Below are positions 1 to 13,677 of a stretch of 64,000 nt of DNA, in pieces. The DNA comes from Eledone cirrhosa. Lineage: Eukaryota. The position numbers and the translations under genes are program-made. Position 1 is the first letter of the stretch; each line of letters opens with the position of its first letter. The stretch spans positions 253,456,001-253,520,000 of the forward strand of contig OZ024743.1 of the NCBI GenBank assembly GCA_964016885.1, read 5' to 3'. The notes under the pieces were generated by a model. The model was given only the letters and a program-made list of their open reading frames with translations, searched no databases and had not been told where the DNA came from.

Positions 1-406
1 ACACATAACACTATACACACACGCAAACGCATGCGCAAAGAAGACAAAATAAAATAAGATAAACAAACAAGCAAATAAATAAATAAATAAATATATAGAC
101 AGACTGAACAAAAAAAAATGGCGTAGACATACAACACAACAGGAGGAACAATGAATATAACACCACTGACGATGTTGCAGATGTGCAACGAAAGATTTAT
201 GTAAACTATATATATATGTGTTTGTCTATATTGTATCTGTATTATTTTTGACCGCCGGTCAGTCAATGGCAACATTGAGGACCGAGTAAGTTAGATCGCA
301 GATATATATATATAAAAGACAGCGAGAAGCGAAAACCAACCAAACAGTGAGTGTGTTCTGTTATTAATTCTGGCAATATTACGCAAATATGACCCTCCCC
401 AAATAT

Positions 407-440
<34 letters not shown>

Positions 441-443
<3 letters not shown>

Positions 444-653
444 AACGAGTAGGACCCCGACGGCTGAGCTCAAGCCGTTTCGACGGCTAATTCGGGTCTA
501 TTTAGTCCAGAAATAGCCGTCGAATTAGCCGTCGAAACGGCTTGAGCTCAGCCGTCGGTGTCCTACTCGTTCCTATTACCCACTCTACTAGCCTAAGTAT
601 TGAGTACTTTGGTGCGTTATGGTTCACCTGGTTCCTTACCACATTTCCTTCGT
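441..653. mobile_element. Short fold-back PLE-derived element, family A (copy 1 of 3), carrying the 3' half of a hammerhead ribozyme
   Basis: 441-493 is the reverse complement of ~521-573. It contains GAAA-CGGCTTGAGCTCAGCC-GTC and is flanked by (TA)n on both sides. Same family at 25159-25318 and 46624-46786. Confidence 0.65.
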
Positions 654-681
654 TATATATATATATATATATATATATATA

Positions 682-1228
682 ATGTATAAAAATCAATACA
701 ATATAATTACCTCATTACCAGAGGTTTCCCGAATGAGGCGAATACGAATGATGGCTAGAAACTTGGAAAGTCTCATCAAGCAAAGCAAAAAAAATGAAAT
801 AAATATAGATAAAGGAATTACAATAGACATATGAAATATATAAAAATATTTCAAGAAATATAGTTAGGTGTGTGTATATCTATGTATATACGCCCACAGA
901 TGTACATATGTGTGTATGTACAAATGTGTGCGTATAGTGAAAAAGTGTGCGTAAATATATGTGTTAGGGCAAGTGTATCTGTGTATCTGTAACTACAGAC
1001 GACATGATATGATTGTCCGGTTGGCAGATACACAGAAAAACAGGGTATTAGATACATTATAAGAATATGAAGGCACGCGTATAAACACACACACACACGC
1101 ACGTACACTTATATGCGGAAGAAAAAGAGGTAAGGGAGTGTAATAGTAAAAGGAAAGTATCCTTCTCGATATATTTATAAAAATGGAACAATAATTTATA
1201 AAGGAAAAAAATTAAAGAAAAGAAGACA
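682..1228 (-). repeat. Diverged solo copy of the pseudo-LTR/3' UTR of the neighbouring Penelope-like element
   Basis: Starts with the same AATGTATAAAAATCAATACAATATAATTACCTCA as 1390 and aligns with 1391-1940 with substitutions and a deletion of the hammerhead CTGACGA half. Confidence 0.75.
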
Positions 1229-1263
1229 TATATATATATATAAGACATATATATATATAAGAC

Positions 1264-1392
<129 letters not shown>

Positions 1393-1414
1393 GTATAAAA
1401 ATCAATACAATATA

Positions 1415-1492
1415 ATTACCTCAATACCAGAGGTTTCCCGAATGAGGCGAATACGAAAGAAACGTCTTCATTCGTTCGTCAGACGAGGCAAT
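1415..1492 (-). ncRNA. Type I hammerhead ribozyme motif (inverted pLTR copy)
   Basis: Reverse complement of the 4171-4248 motif. Confidence 0.6.
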
Positions 1493-1947
1493 ATAAAACA
1501 TGGGTAAATACTTAGAAAAACTCATCAAGTAAATAAAAAAAAAAAGATATAGACAAATGAATTAGAAATTGAAATATATAAAAATCTATCAAGAAATATA
1601 GTTAGGTGTGTGTATATGTATGTATATACGCTCACAGATGTGCATATATGTGCATGCACATATGTATACGTATAGTGAAAAAGTGTGTGTAAATCTAAAA
1701 TTTAGGGCACATGTATCTGTATGTCTGTAATCTACAGACAGAATAGTTACATCATAAGTATATGAATATGAAGGCGCGCGCATAAACACACCTACACACA
1801 CGTACACTTAGATGCGGAAGTAAAAGAGGTAAGGGAGTGTAATAATTAAAGGAAAGTATCAATCTCAATATATTTATAAAAATGTAACAATAAATTAGAA
1901 AGAAAAAAATTTAGAAAGAAAAAATTAAAGAAAAGAAGACAAAAAAA

Positions 1948-2920
1948 GATTTCCTAGATATAAACCTAGATTTGCCTACTGCTTCTTATAAACCATACCA
2001 TAAACCTAATGAAAACTTAAAATATATAAATAAAGGAACTTGGCATCCACCTATAGTTTTTAAAAACCTTATCCCTAATATTAGCCGTAGGATCTCCACC
2101 CTCTCTTCCTCAGAAGCTATTTTTAATAAGGCATCCCCCTACTATAATAAAGCCCTCCAAAATAGCGGTTTTAGCGAACCGATTAAATACATACCTAACT
2201 ATACTAACTCTATTAAACATAAAAATAGGAAAAGAAAAATAATCTGGTTCACACCCCCCCTACTCTCTAGCAGTTAAAACTAATGTAGGCAAAAAATCCC
2301 TTGAGCTCCTAGATAAACATTTCCCTAGAACACATAGATACTATAAGATCTTTAACAGAAACTGTGTTAAAATTAGCTATTCCTGCGGTCCCCCTATTAA
2401 GTCCTATATCCTCAACAAAATATCACCTAGAAAAAATCAAACTTGCTCCTGTAGAATCAAAAGTGAATGCCCATTACAAGGTAAATGCAACACCAAAACC
2501 ATTGTATATGCGGCTAAAGTGACAACCATCAGCAACAACCATCAAGCCACTAGTGAACGATATGTGGGTATGACGCAAGACAAATTCAAAACGCGTTATT
2601 ACTCACATGTCGCATCCTTTCGACATCCAGAAAAACGATTTACAAAAGCTCTGGCTAGCAGAATTTGGGACTTGAAAGACCAAGGCATCCAATATAAATT
2701 AGATTGGTCAATTTTGAACCAATCTAAAGAATATGCTAGAGGAACAAGAAAATACACGCTCTGCATAAACGAAAAATATTGGATATTGCAAAATCTAAAA
2801 TCACCAAAGACCTGCCTGAACACAAAGACGGAAATTTTCACCAGTTGCCCACACATGAAATCACACCTGCTTTCCAGCTCATATAAACTTAACACACTTT
2901 CAGATACTTATCCTCCATAA
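1948..2920 (+). pseudogene. PLE RT thumb + CxC-x5-C linker + GIY-YIG endonuclease, one frameshift
   Basis: DFLDINLDL..YKPYHKPN..RRISTLSS..KRKIIWFTPP. After a +1 shift in the C-run at ~2253-2260 it reads YSLAVKTNVGK..LDKHFP..KIFNRNCVKISYSC..CSCRIKSECPLQGKC..IVYAA..RYVGMT..FKTRYYSH..LNTKTEIFTSCPH. Confidence 0.92.
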
Positions 2921-3325
2921 ACTCTTATTATTCTCTTTTTAATTACCTTTTCTGACTTACTTTCATTTTTATCCTTGTCAATAATTTCATTTATTTTTAT
3001 TCTTATTTTTTTATTTTTACTTCACATCCACCAACCCCCCCCCCTTTTATTCTCCGATTCACTTTCCATTTTTTATTCCCCCTTTTTTACTTCCCTTTTT
3101 CCTTCACTAACTGATTACACTTGTCTTTTGTGTTTTTCAATCTAGATATATTTTTCATTTTTATTTTAATTTTTTTATTTTTGCGCAGCCAATCTTACAA
3201 TTTTATATTTGTACTTACTTATCCACAAGTTTTTTACACCCTGTATCAATATGGCTGAACGCCTTAATGTGTGTATACTTTTATATATGTACATGAGTGA
3301 CTACGTATGTGTGCGCGCGTGCGTG

Positions 3326-3356
<31 letters not shown>

Positions 3357-4170
3357 GTCTGTATATATATGTGTGTGTGTGTATATGTATATATTATGCG
3401 TATGTGTATGTGTCTTTATATCCGTGTTTTTTGACATCTCGGTTTTATGTTTTGTTCCTCTTTTCTTCTCCACCCCCCCCCCCCTTTATTTATTTTTTTT
3501 AAATTTTTGTTTTTATTTTATTTTATTTTTTTTTTACTTACTCATTTTTATGCGTGTGCATGCAAACAGGTCAATATGCGTGAGTGTAAGTATATGTGTG
3601 TGTGTGTGTATGTACGTATCGAACGTATGGATGTGTAAGTGTGCGTGTGTATATAAGCATGTATATTTTTACGTTTCTTTTGTGAGACATGCGTGTCTGT
3701 GTATGTATGTACCCCTTTTTTTGTCTTCTTTTCTTTAATTTTTTCTTTCAAAAATTTTTTCTTTCTAATTTATTGTTACATTTTTTATAAATATATCGAG
3801 ATTGATACTTTCCTTTAATTATTACACTCCCTTACCTCTTTTACTTCTGCATCTAAGTGTACGTGTGTGTAGGTGTGTTTATGCACGCGCCTTCATATTC
3901 ATATACCTATGATGTAACTATTCTGTCTGTAGATTACAGACATACAGATACATTTGCCCTAAATTTTAGATTTACACACACTTTTTCACTATACGTATAC
4001 ATATGTGCATACACATATATGCACATCTGTGAGCGTATATACATACATATACACACACCTAACTATATTTCTTGATAGATTTTTATATATTTCAATTTCT
4101 AATTCATTTGTCTATATCTTTTTTTTTGATTTTCTTGATGAGTTTTTGTAAGTATTTACCCATGTTTTAT

Positions 4171-4248
4171 ATTGCCTCGTCTGACGAACGAATGAAGACG
4201 TTTCTTTCGTATTCGCCTCATTCGGGAAACCTCTGGTAATGAGGTAAT
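4171..4248 (+). ncRNA. Type I hammerhead ribozyme in PLE pseudo-LTR
   Basis: Stem I ATTGCCTCGT/ATGAGGTAAT; core CTGACGA (4181-4187); stem II CGAATGA..TCATTCG; GAAA (4226-4229); short stem III ACC/GGT; predicted cleavage after GUA at 4238. Confidence 0.7.
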
Positions 4249-4350
4249 TATATGGCATTGATTTTTATACATTCAATTTTGCTCTGATACTTACATAGAG
4301 CACTCTTCACTTCTATGACCATTTCTGTTTCCAACGGAAATTTCAATACT

Positions 4351-4384
<34 letters not shown>

Positions 4385-4403
4385 CATAGTTTTAATATAG
4401 ATG

Positions 4404-4453
4404 AGATTCTACAGGACTAGAATTGTTTCATTCTTTAGAAATCATCAGGAATA
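4404..4453 (-). ncRNA. Type I hammerhead ribozyme
   Basis: Minus strand reads ATTC-CTGATGA-TTTCTAAAGAAT-GAAA-CAATTCTAGTCCT-GTA-GAATCT. Confidence 0.65.
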
Positions 4454-4943
4454 TTGGTATCAAAAAATAAGTATGGTATTTATAGGTCTCTTCAGGTAGT
4501 ATGAGAGGGTAGGGAGTGGGATGGGTGTAGGTCATTGGTTGAAAGAAAAGGGAATTCATTAAAAGCTAATTCTTCAAAGCTATAGTTTTTTTAGAGTAAC
4601 AAAGGCAGAAAGAATTCTATAAACAAGTTCAGGATGGAGTGCCACTCCTTATTTTTAAGTTCTCTTAAGCTAACAGGTGAATAAGATCATTGGGGGTCAG
4701 TCATGGTTGAAGGATTTAAAGAAAAGGGAGATTCTTTAAAAGCTAAATTCTTTAAGGTTCTACTAAGTGACAAAGGCCTAGAGAATTCTGTAGACCAATT
4801 CAAAATATTGAGTGCATATCATACAATTATCTTCAAATTCCTCTTAAACTATTCAATTATATGCCAAAAATCAACAGACACGTTCACAAACACTCCCACT
4901 CACACACTCGTGCGCACCCACATACACCTACACATACATACAC

Positions 4944-4984
<41 letters not shown>

Positions 4985-5187
4985 CATATGTATATATATA
5001 CAGACATATATACACACATACATATACATATATATATATACACACACACAAATATATATATACACACACATACACACACATACATATATACATACATATA
5101 TATATATATACACATATATACATATATATATATATATATATACACCCACAAATATACACACACATACGTATAAACTTACACACATAC

Positions 5188-5234
<47 letters not shown>

Positions 5235-5374
5235 CATATATATATACACCCACACACATACATACACCTACATATACACACATACACACATATATACATA
5301 CATACACACATACATGTGCACACATACATATATACACATACACATATATATATACATGTACACACTACACATAC

Positions 5375-5439
<65 letters not shown>

Positions 5440-5580
5440 TATGTACACATATATACACACATACACACACATATAAATAAATAAATACACACACAGAGAG
5501 AACCACACAAACACATACACACGCACACACATGCATATACATATATACATATACATACTTATACACACACACATATATAC

Positions 5581-5620
<40 letters not shown>

Positions 5621-5757
5621 ACACAAATACAAATATACACATACAAATAAATAAGTACTCAATAAATATACGCATATACACAGGCACGTAAAAACAGCTC
5701 TACAGGCAGAAAATGCAGATAGGTAAGAGGTACTCACATAACCATAGTGGCCGTATT

Positions 5758-6120
5758 TCAGGTTGAGGAGGGGTGGGGGTATGGTGGGAAAGAGGTATAG
5801 GGACTAAAAGGAGGAGGCTTTAACACTGGCTTAAAGTATTTGAAAGTTGCAAGGTTCTTGTGCATGCATTTCGGGCAGTGTTCAGAGAGTTTGTTCAGTA
5901 GCGAGCCCTTGGTGAATAAAATTTCGTAGCTCTCTGAGATACAAAGCTCGCAGCCCTTGTGTCCTCCGTTGTAAGAGCGCGCTCACTGGAGTATTTTCCA
6001 TTTAAGCGTAAAGGGGCTGGAGTTCCTTTTGAGGTCCCAAACATAGGAGGCGAGTGTTGTCTGGTTTGATTTGTCCGGTCTTTTGAAGGAGTGGGTATGG
6101 GCATACCAACGGGTCTTAAT
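5758..6120 (-). pseudogene. PLE GIY-YIG endonuclease C-terminal half (not in the ORF track in this frame)
   Basis: Manual translation IKTRWYAHTHSFKRPDKSNQTTLASYVWDLKRNSSPFTLKWKILQ*ARSYNGGHKGCELCISESYEILFTKGSLLNKLSEHCPKCMHK is collinear with the 2519-2920 protein. Confidence 0.85.
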
Positions 6121-6255
6121 AAGGCCACTATGGTTATGTGAGTACCTCTTACCTATCTGCATTTTCTGCCTGTAGAGCTGTTTTTATGTGCCTGTGTATA
6201 TGCGTATATTTATTGAGTACTTATTTATTTGTATGTGTATATTTGTATTTGTGTG

Positions 6256-6294
<39 letters not shown>

Positions 6295-6451
6295 GTGTGT
6301 GTGTATATGTATGTATATGTATATGTGTATATGCATTTGTGTGTGTGTGAGTGTGTGCGCGCACATATGTGTGTATGTGTTTGTGTGGTTCTCTCTGTGT
6401 ATGTATTTATTTATTTATATATGTGTGTATGTGTGTATATATGTGTACATA

Positions 6452-6500
<49 letters not shown>

Positions 6501-6564
6501 ATGTATGTGTATGTGTGTATATGTATGTGTATGTGTATGTATGTGTATATATAATATATATATA

Positions 6565-6643
<79 letters not shown>

Positions 6644-6716
6644 ATATATATATATATGTGTATGTGTATATATGTATGTGTATATGTATATATGTGTGTG
6701 TATATGTGTGTATATA

Positions 6717-6873
6717 TGGACACACTAGAAGTGGAAGACCAAGGTTAACGTATGTTGATGCCCTAAGGACAGACACTACTGGTCTGTTGTGATGCATGAC
6801 ATGGCAGCGATAATGAGGGATAGAGACCGCTGGAGAGAACTCGTCCATGGATCGCAGGAATTTTACCCGCCTT

Positions 6874-6876
<3 letters not shown>
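6717..6876 (+). mobile_element. RTE-clade LINE 3' fragment inserted in the microsatellite of one inverted arm
   Basis: [37 protein letters not shown] matches the GRPR..DR..WR C-terminus of RTE ORFs. It is absent from the other arm. Confidence 0.7.
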
Positions 6877-6922
<46 letters not shown>

Positions 6923-6933
6923 CATATATATAT

Positions 6934-6991
<58 letters not shown>

Positions 6992-7135
6992 ATATATATA
7001 TGTATATATATATATGTATCTGTATATATGTATGTGTGCACATGTATGTGTGTATGTATGTATATATGTGTGTATGTGTGTATATGTAGGTATGTATGTG
7101 TGTAAGTGTGTACGCATGTGTGAGTATATTTGTGG

Positions 7136-7185
<50 letters not shown>

Positions 7186-7213
7186 GTGTGTGTGTGTGTA
7201 TGTGTATATATGT

Positions 7214-7293
<80 letters not shown>

Positions 7294-7921
7294 GTGTATA
7301 TATATATATATATATGTATGTATATATGTATGTGTGTGTATGTGTGTGTATATATATGTTTGTCTGTGTGTGTATATATATATTTATATGTATGTGTGTA
7401 TATATGTGTGTATATATATATATATGTATATATATATGTGTGGGTGTATGTGGGTGCGCGCGAGTGTATGAGTGGGAGTGTTTGTGAATGTGTCTGTTGA
7501 TTTTTGGCATATAATTGAATAGTTTCAGAGAAATTTGAAGATAATTGTATGATATGCACTCAATATTTTGAATTGGTCTACAGAATTCTCTAGGCCTTTG
7601 TCACCTTAAAGAATTTAACTTAAAGAATTTAGCTTTTAAAGAATCTCCCTTTCTTTAAATCCTTCAACCATGACTGACCCCCAATGATCTTATTCACCTG
7701 TTAGCTTAAGAGAACTTAAAAATAAGGAGTGGCACTCCATCCTGAACTTGTTTATAGAATTCTTTCTGCCTTTGTTACTCTAAAAATAAACTATAGCTTT
7801 GAAGAATTAGCTTTTAATGAATTCCCTTTTCTTTCAACCAATGACCTACACCCATCCCACACCCTACCCTCTCCTACTACCCGAAGAGACCTATAAATAC
7901 CATACTTATTTTTTGATACCC

Positions 7922-7972
7922 AGATTCCTGATGATTTCTAAAGAATGAAACAGTTCCAGTCCCGTAGAATCT
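7922..7972 (+). ncRNA. Type I hammerhead ribozyme (inverted-arm copy)
   Basis: AGATTC-CTGATGA-TTTCTAAAGAAT-GAAA-CAGTTCCAGTCCC-GTA-GAATCT, with a 6-bp stem I. Confidence 0.65.
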
Positions 7973-8057
7973 CATCTATATTAAAACTGTTATACTCTGC
8001 AATGTATTGAGTACCTTACTTACTGTGGTTACCTCCGATTCAACCCCGAATAACGTA

Positions 8058-8091
<34 letters not shown>

Positions 8092-8118
8092 CATATACAT
8101 ATACATATATACATATAT

Positions 8119-8165
<47 letters not shown>

Positions 8166-8204
8166 GATATTAATAAATGGAAACTATATTTATAAAACCA
8201 TATT

Positions 8205-8269
8205 TATTTCATTATGCATATTTCAAGGATACCAAGTTAAATGATGGTATGCCTTCATCAGACAAAATA
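8205..8269 (-). ncRNA. Minimal type I hammerhead with palindromic stem III
   Basis: Minus strand reads TATTTTGT-CTGATGA-AGGCATACCA..TGGTATCCTT-GAAA-TATGC-ATA-ATGAAATA. TATGCATA is palindromic; AUA site. Confidence 0.65.
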
Positions 8270-8442
8270 CAATATATATCAGTTTTACAAATAAGCATTG
8301 ACGTACCCTTTCAAAATGCGACCATTACTTTTGGAGGACATCAGGATTAATATCGTATATCTACTCCAAATACTTTTCGAGTGCTTTATATCAGTTATAA
8401 AAATATTTACTTGTTGTAACCCAACAATTTAAATAGAACTTT

Positions 8443-8522
<80 letters not shown>

Positions 8523-8525
8523 CAC

Positions 8526-8577
8526 ACACACTGTAATTAAGGTCGGGTGGCGTAAGTTCTAGTGATCACAAGTTCTA

Positions 8578-8632
<55 letters not shown>

Positions 8633-8635
8633 CAA

Positions 8636-8690
<55 letters not shown>

Positions 8691-8766
8691 CAATTGTTTC
8701 AGGTGAGTCTAAAGGCCGTTGATCACTAGAACTTGCACCACCCGACCTTAATTACAGTGTGTCTCT
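8526..8766. repeat. Inverted repeat (~45-bp arms) enclosing (TA)n tracts
   Basis: CACACTGTAATTAAGGTCGGGTGG..TTCTAGTGATCA at ~8527-8568 versus TGATCACTAGAA..CCACCCGACCTTAATTACAGTGTG at ~8720-8761. Confidence 0.75.
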
Positions 8767-9269
8767 ATATATATTAGTATGTGTTTGATGAACGTGACAA
8801 TGAGTGCTCAGAACCAAAGTAGTGGTTAAACTATTCATTTGCTATGAGCTACTTCGGAGTTTGATACGTATACTCACAGGTGAAGCAGACAAGATGTTTT
8901 GTCTGAGGGACCTGTGAGTGAGCAGATGAATCTCTAGAGTTACAAGACTCACCATTTAAACCATAATAATAAGCATATAACTACACACTCACGCATACAT
9001 ACACATAAATACATGTTCTGAAGAGATTTCTAAAACGTTCGAATATGTATTGAATATATTTATAGTTTTTCAGTTTACAGGGAAATATGTGAATTTGATG
9101 TGTTACACGTTTAAATACACAATGAGTAAAATTATACACGCATTAACAGTCTCGGATTTAAATTTAGGATGTTCTATAAGGGATTAGCCCCTCAGTCCTT
9201 GTGTTGGTTTATATGATCTACATATATTATGATGACAACTCTAAAATGTTCGAAAATCGTTTTTTCTTC

Positions 9270-9390
9270 AGGGGAGTATTTTTGGGGAAAAGAGGAGATA
9301 TTGATCATAAATTATACATAACATTTCATTGCCGGAACAGCATGCTGTCCAACACGTTCCTTTCTTGAACAACTAAATGGACAAATATCT
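9270..9390 (-). repeat. Old dispersed repeat, related to 57292-57425 in opposite orientation
   Basis: Shared ATTTGTCCATTTAGT..AACGTGTTGGACA..TTTATGATCAATATC..CTGA(A/C)GA. Confidence 0.55.
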
Positions 9391-9587
9391 TTATATATAT
9401 ATTAGGACAATACAACAGGCTTGTAATACCGCTGGAAATAGCAGCCAAAAAACTCCGTCTGAATCAACTCTGCAATGAAAGAGTTGTAACGTCGTTTACA
9501 TGAATGAGACATTCTTATTTTAGTCTGTTTGACTTATACTCACCTAAATAGAGTTTTTAGCATAAATTCAATATATATACATATATA

Positions 9588-9672
<85 letters not shown>

Positions 9673-10084
9673 ATATATGTATGTATATGAGGTGATTTTC
9701 ATATATTGCGAAATATTCTCTATACAAAATTTAACATATGTTAACATGAGACAAATGTTTATATAAACAATTGCTTCTTCTACATAGAATGTCTTGTATT
9801 GCACTCTATATGTATTTCTCTATTCAAAGAAGAGTTTAACATTTAGTTAATTGACACTCATCTTTTTATCCAGATGGAGGCCTAGTGTACTTTTTCGTAC
9901 ACTTTCGTTCACACACACAAGCACACTCACACAAACAAACACACACAAACACACATACGCGCGCGGAGACATACATACATACACACTTATACACCTTATC
10001 AGATCCCAGTGTATTTTTTCATTAACGTTTCGCATACATACATATATGAATACATGAAAACATACACACACACACACACGCACG

Positions 10085-10193
<109 letters not shown>

Positions 10194-10533
10194 CTATATA
10201 TATATATAGTTCAAGATTAAAAAAAGACAAACACACGGACCGATTACTCAAATGCGTCATAGAGATAGTAAGATGCCCATATGTATATAATGAGTGGGTG
10301 TAGAGGATTGGATGAATATCATATTAACTTATACTCTACCACCCAGTATTGCACTAAAATCGTGAAAAATAATAAGAATTGGAAGTAGGAAGAATAGAAT
10401 AGAATAAGAGCGAGTGTTAGTAAGGGGATGTGTATGAGATGAGAGAGGAGCAATATACATCTGTCAGCAATGATGTACCGTGTTACCTGTTGTCTTTAGT
10501 TCATTCCTGGAGGATAATTTGAACACTTATTGA

Positions 10534-10662
<129 letters not shown>

Positions 10663-12423
10663 CTCTGTATACACAGCCTCATATGTATATATTCAAATGT
10701 TGGTAACAGCATCTAATAATACTGTTAGATAGATAGATAATAGATAGGCAGAAAGATACATAGATAGAGGCGGGGAGTGATTGAAGGAATCTGGCAAGAG
10801 TGATTGAGAGGGAATGGATAAGAAACAAAAAGGAGAAAAAGAAAGAGAGAGTGTGTGTATGTGTTTAATAAAAAGAAAGATTGAAATAAAGTAAGAGAGA
10901 GTAACAGAATAGAATAATGAAAAGAAGGAAAAGAAGAAAAATGATGGTGAAATAAATGAAGTCGTAATAATAGGAAAGAAATAATGAATGAAATGTATGA
11001 AAACAGAGAGAAAAGAAACAGATTAAAGAAAAGTAACTGGGTGGAGGATGAGGAGGGGGAGCGGAAATAACAAGATATAACAGTGGAAAAGAAGAGATAA
11101 AAGATACAAAGAGGAATATAGAGACGGAGAGAAAGAGTGGACATTGGTTGGAAATGAAAATGAAATGAAACTGTCGGCAGGAGAAAATATAGAATGAAAG
11201 AGAAAGGAAAATAGGCGCAGGAGAGAAGATTTGATTTAAGGAATGAAAATTGAGAGGGAGAAATTTATTTAAACGAAAGAAGGAAGGGAAAAGGGGAGGT
11301 CATCAAATCAGCATTGAAACAATTTGTAATGAAAATCAAGAATTATACACGCACACAGGTGTGTGATAACCCTGTGATAAACAGGCGAAACTCCATAGTT
11401 ACGAAACTCACTATTTAACCTAAATAAAATGAATTTGTGAACTCTACTTCGATATTGAATATTCTTTTATTTCAGCCGTCAATCACATACGGATATATAT
11501 GAAGGGCCGGGTCTAACATATAGGTAAACTAGTCACCCGCCTAGGGTGGTGATTTCACAGGGCGCATTTCACTAAATCAACAACAATTTTGAAAAATAAA
11601 TAAATTTCAGATTTATTGAGGATTATTTTATCCTGGTTTATTTCATCCAGGGAGAAATAATTGGGTAGATACAATCTGATCAGAACAAGCAAAATGAGAG
11701 AATGGAAATCTTGTGTGTACAAAAACATTCAGTGCACAATTACGCTCGCGTGGTTTTATAGGCCACGAGTTTTTCCAGCAAAATCTTTTGGATAATTTCC
11801 CTAATATTGCTATTGAATCGCTAATCTACCTCCGGCGAAATTTAATTTTAAAGTGATTCATATTGATACAGCAGCTAGAGAATCTAGTAATAATTTTATT
11901 TTACATAAAAAAAAAAAAACAGTATATATGATAAAAGCAGAACATTACAAGAAATCCTATATTTGAGAACATACACTATACAATTACTGATTTCCCAAGC
12001 ACCCCCCTTCCCCCCCTACTGCCACCCCCTATTATTTGGGACCCGAGAGTGCTACCAAACTCTCCTCTCTATGTCTATCCCACAAAAATCTCTTTTAATC
12101 CCCCTCTCTGTATCTACTAAAACCCAACTCCACACCTTTCTAAACACCGCTTCTATGATCCCACTCTCAATATCTAAAGTACATATACACTCTCTCACTC
12201 TCTATAAATATTTAAACTTATCTCTCCCAATCCCCCTCTCTATATCTACCATACAACACTCTCTCCCAATTTCTCTCTCTATATCAATTATCACCAAACT
12301 ATCTCCCTCTCTATATCTACCATACAACACTCTGTCTCAATTCCTCTCTCTATATCAATTACCACTTGATATAGACGTGAATTACTTCGCTCCGGATTTT
12401 TACGGATTATTGTAAAAAAAACT

Positions 12424-13645
12424 GTGACTTCATTGCTCAATTTAATAGCATTGTTTAGTTTAACCCCTTGCCTGGGCCTTCAGACGTTGAGTCAACTAAT
12501 TTTCGCCCCTTTCTGGGGCGAAATTTTCTTTTTCATCTCAAAACTGTGTAGACTTGGTAGTCAGCAATGGCTGACATTTCAACCTAGCACAAACGTCGTG
12601 AGTGCCACCCCCACTAAGAAAAGTGGTGGAGGGAAGGTGGGAGTACAAAGTTTGCAGCCTTCCCCCCTCGCATTATCGAAAAACTTTGAAAATATTGAAA
12701 CCACGAAACCAAACCCGGTAAATAATACCAGCACCAACAACAAGAACAATGACAATAACACCACAACCAACAACTGCAACAATAGCAACACCAAGGAAAA
12801 CATGAACAATATTACCAACAGTGACAACAACAACAACAGCAACAAAAAAGACAACAACACCAAAACAACATTCGCACAGACTGTAAAAACAAACGAACTA
12901 TACACGCCAATAGACATAACAAATGCTAAACAACTAATACAAGACGCAAAACAATTCGTGACTTTTGGCGAAAACGGTGCTTTTATCATCAATTCTCCAC
13001 AGGAATTACGTAGAGAGGCTGTCCTGAAAACTGTGGTTTTCAGGACAGTATCGAACGAAACAAGAAAACCAGCTCAATTATCACAAAATGAAATTGTTGG
13101 TTCTAAAAGATGCAATGAAGGACATAACCTTCATACAAAAAGGAAAACTGTTTGGTAGCATTTCGGTGCTAATGAATAACCAGTCAACAGAATACAACAA
13201 AAGTACTCGGTATCACCCATTGTGTCCCCCCGCTTCACCTTTTTCCCCACATACAGGGGAAAAAGGACACAAAGAATAAAAATCATGAGTATCACACCAA
13301 ATGTAAATATTTGGTGGATACTATGTGGAATCATTGACTTTGATGAAGACAGGATAATTTCAATAGGAAAGTCCTCCGGAGGTGTATTTGGTGGGACCAG
13401 CGTAGAAGTTCTGGTGCAAATGAGCCCAGATAGAATAGCGAATATCCCACAACGCGTGCCTCTGCACGGGCTAACATATATAAACATTTCAGTGGAGGGA
13501 AGGCGACCGTCATGTTACCACTGCTTAAGCAGGAGTCAAATCAGGGCTGCCTGTCCTCAATTAACGAGTAAAAAAAAAAGGCTCTTCTGCCAACCCCGAA
13601 CACAAGAACACAACCACCACCACCACCACCACCACCACCACCACC

Positions 13646-13677
<32 letters not shown>

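Larger units (their letters stand above)
4389..8055 (-). mobile_element. Second Penelope-like element: heavily 5'-truncated, with a long inverted copy of its 3' region
   Basis: ~4389-5750 and ~6126-7988 are reverse complements, including the microsatellite-rich UTR. The spacer 5750-6120 encodes a GIY-YIG C-terminus on the minus strand. Confidence 0.85.

Noticed and set aside
166-203. Hammerhead at CTGACGA-TGTTGCA..TGCAAC-GAAA
   Set aside because: Stem II is good but stem III is mismatched and there is no stem I; counted only as a decayed remnant, not listed as a feature.
5983-5985. In-frame TGA in the second PLE endonuclease as a possible selenocysteine (known in some Naiads)
   Set aside because: It aligns to a non-Cys position (WKILQ*ARSY versus WSILNQSKEY) and is best explained as CGA>TGA. 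Conserved Cys codons in both elements are TGC/TGT.
11963-12415. 150-aa ORF upstream of LINE ORF1
   Set aside because: Translation of CT-rich tandem repeats, probably the LINE 5' UTR; TTG start and no domain.
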